A DNA stretch of 64,000 nucleotides from an uncultured delta proteobacterium (GCA_963769935.1 CAVYNY010000011.1:352001-416000), one strand, 5' to 3'; shown: positions 20,877 through 32,599, counted from the first letter of the stretch. Numbers and translations: made by a program. The notes: generated by a model not told the origin, from the letters alone.

Positions 20877-22272
20877 ATGAAAATCCTTTTATATAATTCG
20901 CTGAATCGACAGAAGGAAGAATTTATCCCGCTGCACGAGGGGCAGGTCGGACTTTACACCTGCGGACCGACCGTTTACAACTTTGCCCACATCGGCAACC
21001 TGCGAACTTATATCTTTGAAGATATTTTAAAGCGGGTTTTGCGGTACAACGACTACCGGGTTAAGCATGTTATGAATATTACCGATGTCGGCCACTTAAC
21101 CGGTGATCGGGACATGGGCGAAGACAAAATGGAAAAAGGCGCCGCAGCGCGAAGGCCGCAGCGCCTGGGAAATCGCCGAATTTTACACCCGGGCCTTTAA
21201 GGAGGACCTCGCCCGGCTGAATATTCTGCCGCCGGATATCTGGGTCAAGGCCACCGATACGATCGAGGATCAGATTGCGCTGATCAAAACGCTGGAAGAA
21301 AAAGGCTACACGTATCAAACCAGCGACGGAATCTATTTTGATACTTCCAAGTTTGCGGACTACACCAAGCTTTCCCATCAGGATATCGAATCCCTGCAGG
21401 AAGGCGCGCGGGTGGAAAAAAATCCGGAAAAACGCAACCCGACCGATTTTGCCCTGTGGAAATTTTCGCCCGCCGACATCCGGCGCCAGATGGAGTGGGC
21501 ATCTCCCTGGGGGATTGGGTTTCCGGGCTGGCATATCGAATGTTCGGCCATGAGTATGAAATATTTGGGCGATCAACTCGATATTCACTGCGGCGGCACC
21601 GACCATATCAATATCCATCATACCAATGAAATCGCCCAATCCGAGGCTGCCACCGGCAAGAAGTTTTTTAATTTCTGGATGCACGGCGCCTTTTTGATTA
21701 TCGCCGGCGGCAAGAAGATGGCCAAAAGCGAAGAAAACTTTCTGACGCTGGAAAGCGCCTTTCTTAGGCAAAATTTAAATCCACTGGTCTACCGTTTCGC
21801 GACCTTTCAAACCCACTACCGGAAACCCATGGAGTACAGCGAAGAAAGCGTCCAGGCCTCCCGCAACGGGTTGCAGCATCTGCAAAACCAGGTGCGGCAG
21901 GTGACCCAAAACAGCGCCGGCCGGGACGGAACCATCAATGAAGCCTATAAAAACAAATTTCAGGAAGCGGTTAACGATGATCTGAACATGCCCCGGACCA
22001 TGGCAGTCGTGCAGGAGATGTTGAAAAGCACTATCAGTGATGCTGAAAAACATGCAACCATTATGGATTATGACCGGGTGCTGGGTCTCAGCCTCGATCA
22101 GGTCGCCGCACCGCAAGCACTGCCGGCTGAAGTTCAAAAACTGGTTGAAGACCGCAGCGCAGCCCGGGCCGCCAAGGACTGGTCCGGATCCGACCGGCTG
22201 CGCGATGCGATCCAGGATTTGGGTTACACCGTGCAGGATACGAAAGAGGGTATGAAGGTCATTAAAAAATAA
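20877..22272 (+). CDS. cysS: Cysteine--tRNA ligase, one +1 frameshift near 21143 (probable sequence error)
   Basis: CGPTVY and HIGN in ORF 20877..21200; [16 protein letters not shown] and KMAKS in ORF 21103..22272. Confidence 0.93.
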
Positions 22273-22397
22273 TGCGTGGCTTTCGAAAATAGCATTTTTG
22301 CAATTCGTGCCGCAATCCGGAAAAAATGATGGATTTGCCGGAGAACGATCCTTTCTTATCTGATTGAAATCCTGTCCGCTTTTTTTCACCAAGGGCA

Positions 22398-22431
22398 TTG
22401 ACAAACCCAATTCGATGCAACAAATTTGCAT
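22398..22431 (+). promoter_or_regulatory. sigma70 -35 (TTGACA) with overlapping Zur-type operator ATGCAA-N5-TTGCAT
   Basis: TTGACA at 22398-22403; palindrome ATGCAACAAATTTGCAT at 22415-22431 resembles the deltaproteobacterial Zur box and lies upstream of znuA. Confidence 0.7.
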
Positions 22432-22546
22432 AAAGTTAGTTATTGTTGAATGAATTTTCTATCGGCCAGGAGCTGTCGAATGGCGCAGGGTGTTATGCTG
22501 TCAGCGACCGTTAATTTATTGGATCCCGACCAGAAAGGCATAAAAC

Positions 22547-23482
22547 ATGAAGCCGGCAGGCATAAAACTAATCGTATTTTGTTCCTTCATTATCGGAACC
22601 TGGGCCGTTGCGGGCAGCGCCTGGGGTAAAGTTGCTGTTTTCGTCAGCATAGCGCCCCAAAAATATTTTGTGCAACATATTGGCAAAGATTTTGTGGATG
22701 TCCAAGTCATGGTCCCTCCCGGAGCCGATCCCCACATCTACGAACCCAAACCCAAACAAATGGTGGCCCTCGCCAGGGCCCAACTTTATTTTGCAATCGG
22801 AGTTGAGTTCGAAAAGACCATGCTAAAAAAAATTTCCTCGGCCAACCCGCAAATGAAGGTGATTTACACCGATCAGGGAATCCGGAAAATTCCGATGCCG
22901 GCCTATCAACACCGCGCTGAAGAAAAAAACGATGAAAACGGCAAGCACCAAACCGATACTGAATTAAAATCCGGCCATGAGCAGCATGCGCACGGTGGTC
23001 TCGATCCCCACATCTGGTTGTCTCCGCCCCTGGTGATGAAACAGGCTAAAACCATACTTGCGGCGCTTCAGGAGGCCGATCCGGTTCACCATTCCATTTA
23101 TGAGGCCAATTACGAAGCTTTTTCCACAGAGATTGCAGATTTGAACACGGAGCTCAGAAACATTTTTGCCGGCAAGCAGGGACTTCAATTTATCGTTTTC
23201 CACCCGGCCTGGGGTTATTTTGCGCAGGCATATGGGCTGGAACAGATCCCGGTAGAAATCGAAGGTAAAAACCCGAAACCGGCTCAACTCAAAGAACTGA
23301 TCGAAAATGCGCAAGAAAAAAATATTAAGGTCATCTTCGTGCAGCCGCAGTTCTCAGCTAAGAGCGCTGAGCTGATTGCCAGGGAGATTGACGGGCAGGT
23401 GGTAACAGCTGATCCGCTGGCGGAAGATTGGGCCAATAATTTGCGTGCCGTTGCCAACAAGTTTAAAGCCGCTTTGAGATAA
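22547..23482 (+). CDS. znuA: Zinc ABC transporter substrate-binding protein
   Basis: Signal peptide, DPHIYEP, His-rich loop, DPHIWLSP and HPAWGYF motifs. Confidence 0.9.
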   Translation: MKPAGIKLIVFCSFIIGTWAVAGSAWGKVAVFVSIAPQKYFVQHIGKDFVDVQVMVPPGADPHIYEPKPKQMVALARAQLYFAIGVEFEKTMLKKISSANPQMKVIYTDQGIRKIPMPAYQHRAEEKNDENGKHQTDTELKSGHEQHAHGGLDPHIWLSPPLVMKQAKTILAALQEADPVHHSIYEANYEAFSTEIADLNTELRNIFAGKQGLQFIVFHPAWGYFAQAYGLEQIPVEIEGKNPKPAQLKELIENAQEKNIKVIFVQPQFSAKSAELIAREIDGQVVTADPLAEDWANNLRAVANKFKAALR

Positions 23483-23562
23483 CATCCAACCCAAATCAGA
23501 CGCGGCATAATAGACAGACCTATTTCTGACTAAAACCTAACCCGGCTAAACCGGAACAAAAT

Positions 23563-23637
23563 GCCACCAAGACACAAAGACACAAAGGGAAACTTTTGAT
23601 TTAATGTTTCAGCTTTGCGTCTTTGTGTCTTGGTGGC
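23563..23637. repeat. 25-bp inverted repeat of 8-mer units (GACACAAA)
   Basis: GCCACCAAGACACAAAGACACAAAG / CTTTGCGTCTTTGTGTCTTGGTGGC, one mismatch. Confidence 0.85.
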
Positions 23638-23705
23638 GAAAATGATTTTTCATAATACGCAGTGAAAATATGATTAGCACTAAATACTTTTATTAAGGAA
23701 AAACC

Positions 23706-24485
23706 ATGGGCGATACCATCATTGATATCCGGGATTTAAATTTTTCCTATAATCAGCAACCCGTGCTGATAGACGTCGACCTGACCGTTCAAGCCGGTGA
23801 ATTTATCGCCATGATCGGCCCCAATGGCGGTGGGAAGACGACATTGCTGAAATTGATGCTGGGTCTGATTAATCCGGAATCGGGCCGGATTCGAATTTTT
23901 GGTAAAATACCGCAGGACGTATCTCACCGGATCGGTTATGTACCGCAAGACGTTCACATCAATAAAAATTTTCCAATTTCGGCATTGGATGTCGTCCTGA
24001 TGGGAAAATTAAAGCCCGGCCCGGGGCGGTCACGGCATTCAGAAACGGACCGGCGGGAAGCTTTGCATGCTTTGGAACAGGTAGACATGGAAAAATTTTG
24101 CAACCAACGCATCGGTGAGCTCTCGGGCGGACAAAAACAGCGCGTTTTTGTTGCCCGGGCATTGGTGACGGACCCGGAGCTCCTCTTCCTGGATGAGCCG
24201 ACCGCCAGCATCGACGCCAAGGGCCAAAATGAATTTTACCGCCTTTTGAATGAATTGAATGCAAGAATCACCATCATCGTTGTCAGTCATGATCTAATGG
24301 TCGTATCAGGTTACATCAAATCGGTGGTTTGTGTGAACCGACGTCTCTATTACCACGGTCATGCCGAACTTACCGGAGAAATGATTGAAATGATGTATGA
24401 TTGCACGGTCCAAGAAACCTGCCCCGTCGAGTTAATTGCCCATGGGTTGCCGCATCGGGTGTTGCACACCCATGGTGATGAGTAG
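23706..24485 (+). CDS. znuC: Metal ABC transporter ATP-binding protein
   Basis: [23 protein letters not shown] and VSHD motifs. Confidence 0.92.
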   Translation: MGDTIIDIRDLNFSYNQQPVLIDVDLTVQAGEFIAMIGPNGGGKTTLLKLMLGLINPESGRIRIFGKIPQDVSHRIGYVPQDVHINKNFPISALDVVLMGKLKPGPGRSRHSETDRREALHALEQVDMEKFCNQRIGELSGGQKQRVFVARALVTDPELLFLDEPTASIDAKGQNEFYRLLNELNARITIIVVSHDLMVVSGYIKSVVCVNRRLYYHGHAELTGEMIEMMYDCTVQETCPVELIAHGLPHRVLHTHGDE

Positions 24486-24570
24486 AAAATAAATTTTGGT
24501 ATCAGGTGTCAGTTTTCAATTATCTGACGGAGTTGTAGAATTTTTTATTAGTGAAGATCATTAGCTCAAA

Positions 24571-24702
24571 AAATTACAAGCACCAAATAACAAAAAACAA
24601 ATAATGTCCAAATTCCAAATTTCAATGACCGAAAAAAGTTTTGAATTTTGGTCATTGTGATTTGAGATTTATTTGGAATTTGAGTTTTGTGATTTGGAAT
24701 TT
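24571..24702. repeat. Inverted heptamer arrays (CAAATWM)n ... (KWATTTG)n
   Basis: Same family as 56928-57195. Confidence 0.8.
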
Positions 24703-24782
24703 CGTTGGCCATAATTTAGCAAGGAAAAGTATTCAGCCTCAAATCAAGGTTTCTGAGGCTAAACAAGTTAAGCGAAACGACT

Positions 24783-25625
24783 ATGCTCGAAGCTCTTCAA
24801 TTTGAATTCATGCGAAATGCCTTGCTGGCCGGATTGCTGGCCAGCATCATCTGCGGCATTATGGGAACCCTGGTGGTCGTCAACCGGATAGTTTTTCTCT
24901 CGGGAGGAATTGCCCATTCGGCTTTCGGCGGTATCGGTCTGGCATTTTTTTTGGGCTGGCATTACATGGTGGGGACGATCGGGTTTGCTCTTGTGGCGGC
25001 CGTAATCATGGCCGCCATTACGCTGAAAGCCAAACATCGTGCCGATACGGTCATTGGGGTGATCTGGGCTGTCGGAATGGCCATTGGAATTATTCTGCTG
25101 GATTTAACGCCGGGCTATAATGTGGACTTGATGAGCTACCTTTTCGGCAGCATCCTGACGGTACCCAATTCGGATATCTGGATGATGCTGGGGACCGGTG
25201 CCGCCATCACCGGGATTGTATTTTTTTTCTATAATGACTACCTGGCCCTGTCCTACGATGAAGAATTTGCCCAAATTCGCGGCGTCCATGTGAAGTCTCT
25301 GTATTTTCTGATGATTGTCATGCTGGCGGTAGGAATTGTCATGATTATTCAGGTGGTCGGATTAATTCTGGTGATCGCGCTGCTGACAATTCCGCCCTAT
25401 ATTGCCGAGAAATATTCGCGGTCCTTAATTAAAATGATGTTTATATCCATCATGCTGAGTGCCGTTTTTACCCTGACGGGCTTGTGGCTTTCCTATGCTT
25501 TAAACCTGACTTCCGGTGCTACGATTATATTGGTTGCAGGCCTTGGTTTTCTGATATCTTTCGGCATTGATCGCCTGAGGTCGTACATTTCCGCAAGATC
25601 GTACAGGCTAATTAGGACAAAGTAG
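24783..25625 (+). CDS. znuB: Metal ABC transporter permease
   Basis: Hydrophobic; IAHSAFGG, YLFGSIL and VGLILVIALL motifs. Confidence 0.92.
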   Translation: MLEALQFEFMRNALLAGLLASIICGIMGTLVVVNRIVFLSGGIAHSAFGGIGLAFFLGWHYMVGTIGFALVAAVIMAAITLKAKHRADTVIGVIWAVGMAIGIILLDLTPGYNVDLMSYLFGSILTVPNSDIWMMLGTGAAITGIVFFFYNDYLALSYDEEFAQIRGVHVKSLYFLMIVMLAVGIVMIIQVVGLILVIALLTIPPYIAEKYSRSLIKMMFISIMLSAVFTLTGLWLSYALNLTSGATIILVAGLGFLISFGIDRLRSYISARSYRLIRTK

Positions 25626-25648
25626 AATTCGACAAGGGAAGGAAAATT

Positions 25649-26080
25649 ATGTGTCATCACTGTGATTATTCAGGCTTGTTGGAAGAATCCGGCCTGGGTC
25701 ATACAACCAACCGTCACCGCGTATTGGAAGTGATCGGCAATAGCAGCCGTCCGCTGAGTGCCCAGCAAATTTTTGACACCCTCAACCGCACCGCTGACAT
25801 CAACCGGGTAACCGTCTACCGAATTTTGGATCTTCTGGTGGAAAAGGGGCTGGTCGACCGTATCAGCGGCGGCGGTCGATCGTTTGTCTACGGTCTGGCA
25901 CCCAATGACAACCATCCGGCCCATCCCCACTTTTACTGCAAAACCTGCGGCCGTCTGGAATGCTTAAACCCGCACAGCCTGAGCGTCGATCTTCAATCCA
26001 TGCGCCGCACTTTTCCGGGGTTGATCGAAAATGTCGCAGTAAGAGTGGACGGCGTGTGCAAGAATTGTTTGAAAATTTAA
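25649..26080 (+). CDS. zur: Fur-family regulator, probably Zur
   Basis: TVYRILD, HPHFYCKTCG and C-terminal CKNC; located in the znu operon. Confidence 0.8.
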   Translation: MCHHCDYSGLLEESGLGHTTNRHRVLEVIGNSSRPLSAQQIFDTLNRTADINRVTVYRILDLLVEKGLVDRISGGGRSFVYGLAPNDNHPAHPHFYCKTCGRLECLNPHSLSVDLQSMRRTFPGLIENVAVRVDGVCKNCLKI

Positions 26081-26814
26081 AAGAACAAATACCGTTTTTC
26101 AGGCGGCGGTATTGGAATCAACTGGACGCGGTCGGCCGCAATGCTTGATACCCCCCTGCCATTTATCGTGGCGGTATTGAAAATACCTTCCACCCGGACC
26201 CAAGCATCATTTGACGGGGTTTCGCCTTCATGGCCCCTTACTATAAAAGAAATCGGCAATGCATCAGCCGCACAGCAGACAATGCCGAAGCGAAATAACT
26301 TAAAGCTGTTTTTGTCCATCTTTCCGCTGCGATAAACCATGCCTTCAACCGCCACGCGTCGACCGGTGTAATTTTCGGAATCCATAAACAGGTTTAACAG
26401 GGTTATGCCCGTATCAGCGCCTTTTTTTAATTTTGATTTTTGCCAGTAAGGATCTTCAATCGAAATGTTGGGGCCAGCATTGCCAACCCTTTTTGCAAAC
26501 GCATCTGAACCGAGACTTTGCCCATAGAGCGTCCAGAGAAACAGGACCGGCAAAAAAAGAATTGCTGACTTTAACCAGGCATCAATTTGAAGGGGATTTT
26601 TTAATTGTAATGAAAAACGGGAGATACAAGCGGCGGTATACGCCAGCACCAGCAGCATGGCCAGGACCAAAAGCGGCCAAAGCTTTGGTTGAATAAAGGC
26701 CTGGTAATGTCCGCCTTTGAGCAGCCAGTAATAGGCATGGAGCCAGATGATGAAGGTAAAAGCTGGAAGACCAGCCGTCAAAAAGGCGGCGGACCGTTTG
26801 AATCTTTCTTTCAT
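26077..26814 (-). CDS. TIGR03943/DUF1980-like membrane protein (permease partner)
   Basis: N-terminal TMs; RFGIVCCAADA and W.RVEG motifs. Confidence 0.75.
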   Translation of the reverse strand: MKERFKRSAAFLTAGLPAFTFIIWLHAYYWLLKGGHYQAFIQPKLWPLLVLAMLLVLAYTAACISRFSLQLKNPLQIDAWLKSAILFLPVLFLWTLYGQSLGSDAFAKRVGNAGPNISIEDPYWQKSKLKKGADTGITLLNLFMDSENYTGRRVAVEGMVYRSGKMDKNSFKLFRFGIVCCAADALPISFIVRGHEGETPSNDAWVRVEGIFNTATINGRGVSSIAADRVQLIPIPPPEKRYLFF

Positions 26815-27818
26815 ATGAATACCGTACTGACAAAAACCGCCAAAAACGTGAGCACCGCCAACGCTGCAATCATACGTACCCGGAAGACTTTAACATACAT
26901 GATTATCAGTTTGATGTCCAGCATGGGGCCCAGTATCATAAATGCCAGCTGCGCAGAAACGGGCACCTGGCTTGAGCGAAAAGAGGCCGCCACAAAGGCA
27001 TCTGCTTCACTGCACAGGTTCAACACTACGGCCATGATCATCATGATCAGAATTGACAGGGCCGGGATACCCAGCACCGAGGTCAGGAACTGGCGCGGAA
27101 TCAGGGTCTGCAAAACGGCGGCAATAAAAGCCCCCCCTATCAGAAACCGCCCGATATCAAAAAAATCTTCGGCGGCATGGCTGACGGCCAGGCCTATTTT
27201 TTCACCGGGAGCAGCGGGTTTGACATGCCCAGAAATCCCGGCATCACTCAGATGATCCATGTCCGAGAAGACGTCGCTGCGAACCGCTTTTACTTTTGTA
27301 AATATCAGATTGATTAGAAAGCCGACGGCCACGGCAATCAGATAGCCGAAAAACATACGGCGCATCACGACAGACCAGTCCGCGAAATAGGCCACTGCGG
27401 TCGAAGCAGCCACCAGTGGATTAACGATCGGCCCCCCCAATAAAAAAGCAACGGCTGCGCCCAGCGGAACCCCTTTTTGAAGCAGTCTGCGGACTATCGG
27501 AACAATGGCACATTCGCAAACCGGAAACAGCAAGCCAATACCGGCCCCGATGAATATAGTCCACCAGCGTCCTTCGGGCAGCCAGCGGGTAATTTTTTCA
27601 CGGGGCAGAAAGACTTCAATGAATCCTCCGATAAGGGTGCCCAGCAGCATAAACGGCAGGGCTTCCAGCACGATTGAGACAAAGATGATTCCCAGGGTTT
27701 GGAATTGGGCCCGCTCGCGGAAAAACACTAACAGGCCCAGGGCAAGCAGCACGAACAGCAGCTGGGCCAACAGAGCCCATCTGTCGCTTTTTTGATGAAA
27801 AAGATTGGGACGGTCCAA
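26811..27818 (-). CDS. DUF318/ArsP-like permease
   Basis: EALPF, PVCEC, P.VNP, LCSEADAFVA and GPMLDIK motifs. Confidence 0.82.
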   Translation of the reverse strand: MDRPNLFHQKSDRWALLAQLLFVLLALGLLVFFRERAQFQTLGIIFVSIVLEALPFMLLGTLIGGFIEVFLPREKITRWLPEGRWWTIFIGAGIGLLFPVCECAIVPIVRRLLQKGVPLGAAVAFLLGGPIVNPLVAASTAVAYFADWSVVMRRMFFGYLIAVAVGFLINLIFTKVKAVRSDVFSDMDHLSDAGISGHVKPAAPGEKIGLAVSHAAEDFFDIGRFLIGGAFIAAVLQTLIPRQFLTSVLGIPALSILIMMIMAVVLNLCSEADAFVAASFRSSQVPVSAQLAFMILGPMLDIKLIIMYVKVFRVRMIAALAVLTFLAVFVSTVFI

Positions 27819-27994
27819 AAGTTTCGCCTAATTTTTATCGCGGCGGAAAGCCGCTCTCACACATTCTTATATCGAGTCCTTAAATAATTACATCTCAGTG
27901 CCCTCTGTGCCTCTCTGTGGTGAAAACAGTATTTTGTCAATAGTTCGGCGCTATTCTAATACATTAGCGTATTTCCGAATACTTGTACTTAGTG

Positions 27995-28027
27995 AAAAAG
28001 CAGAATCTGACACCGATTCTGCTTTTT
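27995..28027. terminator. Intrinsic terminator hairpin downstream of nrdJ
   Basis: AAAAAGCAGAATC-tgacacc-GATTCTGCTTTTT perfect stem with A/T tails. Confidence 0.75.
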
Positions 28028-28057
28028 GATATTTTTACTTTGGAAAAGAAAAAATTT

Positions 28058-30552
28058 TTAGCCGCATTTATTAAAACCACAGAAGTGACACATCATACAG
28101 CCTTCTTCAAAACTGATGGTTTGGCCGCATTCCGGGCACTTTTCTCCCATCAGGCTGTACTCGGTTTTGTGATTTTTCTTTAAGTTTTCTCCCGTCATGT
28201 AGCGTCTTTCCAGCACCCGGGCAATGGCATCCGGAATGGACAGCACCAGCCCGCCGTCTTGAAAAATTGGGTACTCGCCACCAATTCCCTTCAGTTGATT
28301 GACAATCTTATCAACCGTCACCCCGGATCTCAAGGCCAGGGATACCAGACGACCGATGGCTTCGGTTTTGGCGGTGGTGGAGCGGCCCGATTTGCCGATG
28401 GTGGCAAAAACTTCAAACGGCTGACTTTCATATTCGGTTACGGTTACATAGAGGTGGCCGTAGCCGGTTCTGATTTTGGTGGTGAAACCGCTCAGGGTTT
28501 CAGGCCGTTCTTTGACGGCCCGCATAAAGCCGCTTTCCGCTTTTTCATCTTTGCGGGCCAACGAGAGGACCTGGTTTTCCTTGCTGCCGTCCCGGTAAAT
28601 GGTAACGCCTTTACAGCCCAGTTCATAGGCCAGATTATAAACTTTTTTTACATCTTCCACACCGGCATCCTGGGGCAGGTTGACGGTTTTGGAAACGGCA
28701 TTGTCGGTAAATTTTTGAAAAGCAGCCTGCATCCGGATATGCCACTCGGGCAATACATCATGGGCTGTTACAAACACCTGCCGGACATCTTCGGGTATTT
28801 CCTCAAGGTTTTTAATACTGCCCTGTTTGGCAATCGTATCCATCAGATCATGGCTGTAAAAACCTCTTTCCCGGGCCTTTTTCTCAAAGATGGGATTGAC
28901 CTCCAGCAGCTTATCGTTATCCATGACATTGCGTACAAAACTCAGCGCGAACAAGGGCTCGATCCCGCTGGAGCATCCGGCCAGGATGCTTAACGTGCCG
29001 GTGGGCGCAATGGTGGTGGTGGTCGCATTGCGATACTTTAGGCCCTGGTCTTTGAAAATACTTTTGTCGTAGTTTTCAAAGACGCCTCGCTCCTCTGCCA
29101 GTCTGCTGGAAGCATCATGGGCCGCTTCCTGGATGAAGCGCATGATGTTTTCGGCAGTCTCGAGCGCTGCTTCAGTATTATAGGGTATGTTTAACTGGTA
29201 GAGCATATCTGCAAACCCCATGATCCCCAGGCCGATTTTGCGGTTGCCGCGGACCATAGCGGTAATCTCCGGCAGCGGATATTGGGACATTTCAATGGTA
29301 TTGTCGAGAAAACGAACTGCCAGATCGACAAGGTGCTTTAAGCCTTCATAGTCAATCATGGGCCCTTCACCGTTTTCCGTCACAAATTTGGCCAGATTGA
29401 TCGAGCCCAGATTGCAGGCTTCCATGGGCAGCAGCGGCTGTTCACCGCAGGGATTGGTGCTCTCAATTTCACCCAGAGCCGGCGTGGGGTTGTCACGGTT
29501 GATGCGATCCAGAAAGATGATTCCCGGATCACCGTTCTTCCAGGCCTGTTTGACCAGGGTATCATAGACATTCGCGCGCATTCAATTTGCCGACCGTTGT
29601 GTGAAACCGGGGATCGACCAGTTCATATTCCGTTTTCGTCGGCAACTGCCTGCATGAAATCGTCGGTAACGCCTACCGAGATATTGAAATTATTCAGATC
29701 GCGGTTTTCCCTTTTGCTGTGGATAAATTCCATAATATCCGGGTGATCCACTTTTAATATGGCCATGTTGGCCCCCCGGCGGGTACCGCCCTGTTTAACC
29801 TGCTCGGTGGCGGTATTGAAAATTTTCATAAACGAAACCGGACCCGAGGCCACGCCGCCCGTGGTGCCCACCGTGCTGTTCTTCGGGCGCAGCCGGGAGA
29901 AGGCAAAACCGGTCCCGCCTCCTGATTTATGAATGAGGGCGGCGTTGCGCAGCGCACCGAAAATTCCTTCCATGCTGTCTTCAACCGGCAGCACAAAACA
30001 GGCGGCCAGCTGGCCCAGCCTGCGTCCGGCATTCATAAGGGTCGGGGAGTTGGGCAAAAATTTAAACTCGGTCATAATCTGGTAAAACAGTTTTTGCAAT
30101 TCCTTGACCCGCTTCTCATCGCCGCCGAATTTTTTTTCGGCTTTGGCAATGTGGTGGGCGACCCGCCGAAACATCTGCTCCGGTGTTTCGATGACGTTGC
30201 CCTGGCTGTCTTTTTTCAGATATCTTCTTCTGAGAACCCTTCGGGCATTCTCTGAAAGATTCAAATTCCCCTGAACAAAGATTGACTGATCCAGCCGGAT
30301 CGGGGAGGGTTTTGTCAAGCCGTACTCCATCAACTTCGATTCGATCATTTTTTCTATAAACGACATGGTGATGGTTTGAAACTCCATGCGCGTGATTTCT
30401 TCCCGCAGCGAGCGACTGATACCCATCGCCTGGTCCGTATCAATGGGGTTGTCCCTTACCAGGAGATCCGAAAACAGCTGATCATCCCACATATAGGTGC
30501 CCAAATCGAAACGCCCTTCATTTGTAACTAAAAATTTACCTTTCTGCCCCAT
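28058..30552 (-). CDS. nrdJ: Class II (B12-dependent) ribonucleotide reductase with N-terminal cone-like and C-terminal TSCPD/Zn-ribbon regions; two +1 frameshifts near 29633 and 29575
   Basis: [19 protein letters not shown] and QGG.RRGA in the first ORF; TNPCGEQ, CNLGS, APTGT and YRDGS in the second; bridging frame EYELVDPR between them. Confidence 0.9.
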
Positions 30553-30965
30553 TGAACTTCTCCTGTTCTAGATACTGGTAATTTGAAAATACGTTTTCTG
30601 CCGGCCGGAACGATCCGTTTGAATTAAGCGAAGTCAAAAACAATTCGGCTTTATGGAAAATACACCTTTTTCCAGAATTTTCAACCCAGGATGGTGACTT
30701 AGATCAAAAGGGCACCGAATACACGGCTTTTCAACCAATTGCGGATCGGTCTTTGAATCGCTTATATAAAGACAACCCAAATCAGAATAAAATTCGCAGA
30801 GCGCTGTGTATGTATGCGCAATGATTTATGTCGTTTTTATAATACAACTTCTCAGCAGTAGGATTTGAACGACAGCGAACGAGGAAAAAACATCGTTCGG
30901 AATGCGATCTATTTATTCGGTGCCGATAGAACGTGTCAGGCATCAGAGGCAGGCCGATTAATTGC

Positions 30966-31012
30966 ATACAACATATTGTATGTCAACAAAAAAATACCCC
31001 TATATATGTGAC
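30966..31012. promoter_or_regulatory. Tandem NrdR boxes upstream of nrdJ
   Basis: ATACAACATATTGTAT (30966-30981) and a weaker CCCCTATATATGTGAC (30997-31012), 31 bp apart; minus-strand TTGACA at 30986-30981. Confidence 0.7.
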
Positions 31013-31158
31013 TATAGAATTCCACACAGGTATTTTGCTGTCATTGCCCAGGCTGAAAAACGAACTAACCGTGAAGGGAAAGCGAGGATTCCCGGCTTTA
31101 GGCGAAGGACCATCCTCTCTGCTAAAGGCGACAGCGGTCGGTTCCCGAACAGGCTTTG

Positions 31159-31587
31159 CTATTGCTCGCCAACCGCAGAATTTTCCGGGTGTTGCTTTTG
31201 TTCACGGTCGGCTATATCAAGATCCGACAGGATGGTTTGAACCAGATCGATCATGTCTTCGCCGGTCCAGTCATCTTTTGGCACCAGGTGCTCAATCCCT
31301 GATTCCGCGGCTGCTTCCTGATATTCCGGTATATCATAGCTCGTCAAGATGACGACAATAATATCAGGATGAGCGCTTTTAATGCGGCGGGCTAAATCAA
31401 GGCCGCTTTCTGAAGGCAGGTGGAGCTCGAGAAAAAGTAAATTCGGTCTGAAGTCCGGCACCATTGCCGAAGCGTCGCCGGTGTCGGAGGCTTCCCGGAT
31501 GTCGACAAATGGAAACCGGTTAATCAGGATCTTCTTTAATGATCGGCGAAAGGGACCATTGGGATCGACGATTAAAATTTTAAACAT
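31159..31587 (-). CDS. Single-domain response regulator (receiver)
   Basis: KILIVD..., SGLDLARRIK, ILTSYD; the phospho-acceptor position reads E (LFLEL). Confidence 0.8.
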   Translation of the reverse strand: MFKILIVDPNGPFRRSLKKILINRFPFVDIREASDTGDASAMVPDFRPNLLFLELHLPSESGLDLARRIKSAHPDIIVVILTSYDIPEYQEAAAESGIEHLVPKDDWTGEDMIDLVQTILSDLDIADREQKQHPENSAVGEQ

Positions 31588-31791
31588 TTACAAATTTCCA
31601 TAGGATTGTTAGTTCCAAACTGGATGCAAACGCAGGATGCAAGATCGGGGGCTGGGTTTTCACTTAAAGAGATAACCTTGTTTACTATATAATGGGAGCG
31701 TGATAAATAAAGTAAACACTGTATATTTAACTCAATTTGGCTGTATTTTTCTTCTGTTTCAAGTGGGTGCCGGTATACGGAAGAGGAGAGC

Positions 31792-32448
31792 ATGGCTGAT
31801 AAACTGAGCATTGTGCTGGCCGACGACCATACGATTCTGCGGGAGGGCTTGCGGGCGCTTCTAACGGCTGATCCTGACTTCAAGGTTGTGGACGAGGCCC
31901 GGGACGGCCGTGAAGCTGTTCGCTGCGTTGAAAAGCTGGAGCCGGATCTTTTGCTGATGGATCTTTCGATGCCTCGCATGAGCGGGATGGACGCCATTCG
32001 GGAAATAAAAAAACGCTATCCGAATACCAAGATTATTGCTCTGACCGTGCACAAAACAGAGGAATATATTCTGACAACCCTTCAAGCCGGAGCCGACGGA
32101 TATGTCCTTAAAGACGCCACCCAGGACGAACTCGTCATGGCGATCAGGAACGTAATGGCGGGTAAATCTTATCTGAGCCCCGGTATTTCGGAAAAAGTGA
32201 TCGAAGGCTACCTGGAGGGCAAAGAAAGCAACCGGTCATTATCAGCCTGGGAAACTCTCTCGCAGCGCGAGCGGGAGGTATTGAAGCTGATCGCCGAAGG
32301 CTACAAGAACAGGGAAATTGCCGAGGATCTGTGCATCAGCTTAAAAACCGTGGAAAAACATCGAGCCAACCTGATGAAAAAGCTCGATCTCCACAACGCG
32401 GCGGCATTGACGGTATATGCGGTGGAAAGAGGATTGGTTAACCAATAG
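31792..32448 (+). CDS. NarL/LuxR-family response regulator
   Basis: ADDH, MDLSMP, GYVLKD and LSQREREVLKLIAEG..KTVEKHRANLM motifs. Confidence 0.95.
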   Translation: MADKLSIVLADDHTILREGLRALLTADPDFKVVDEARDGREAVRCVEKLEPDLLLMDLSMPRMSGMDAIREIKKRYPNTKIIALTVHKTEEYILTTLQAGADGYVLKDATQDELVMAIRNVMAGKSYLSPGISEKVIEGYLEGKESNRSLSAWETLSQREREVLKLIAEGYKNREIAEDLCISLKTVEKHRANLMKKLDLHNAAALTVYAVERGLVNQ

Positions 32449-32597
32449 AATTGAATATTGAAAATTGGTGGAATTCTGTCCTTTTAATTTTTTGCAAAGA
32501 TCCGGTCTTCTTTCCCATTTGCCGTATTCAGTTTAGGCACTTAAAATTATCGATAGCATACCTTAAATATTCAATTTTCAATCGACAATATTCATTC
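32448..32597. repeat. ATTGAAT/ATTCAAT inverted heptamer element
   Basis: Same family as 43105-43213 and 44609-44748. Confidence 0.7.
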
Positions 32598-32599
32598 CC

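Noticed and set aside
21130..21160. Programmed frameshift in cysS
   Set aside because: No slippery heptamer or stimulator seen; the same +1 pattern recurs in unrelated genes
29570..29640. Intein, intron, natural split or selenocysteine readthrough in nrdJ
   Set aside because: The bridging sequence encodes normal RNR-like residues in a third frame; there is no extra DNA and the downstream part is out of frame with the TGA
30553..30960. Cobalamin riboswitch upstream of nrdJ
   Set aside because: No B12-box or other conserved elements recognisable by eye
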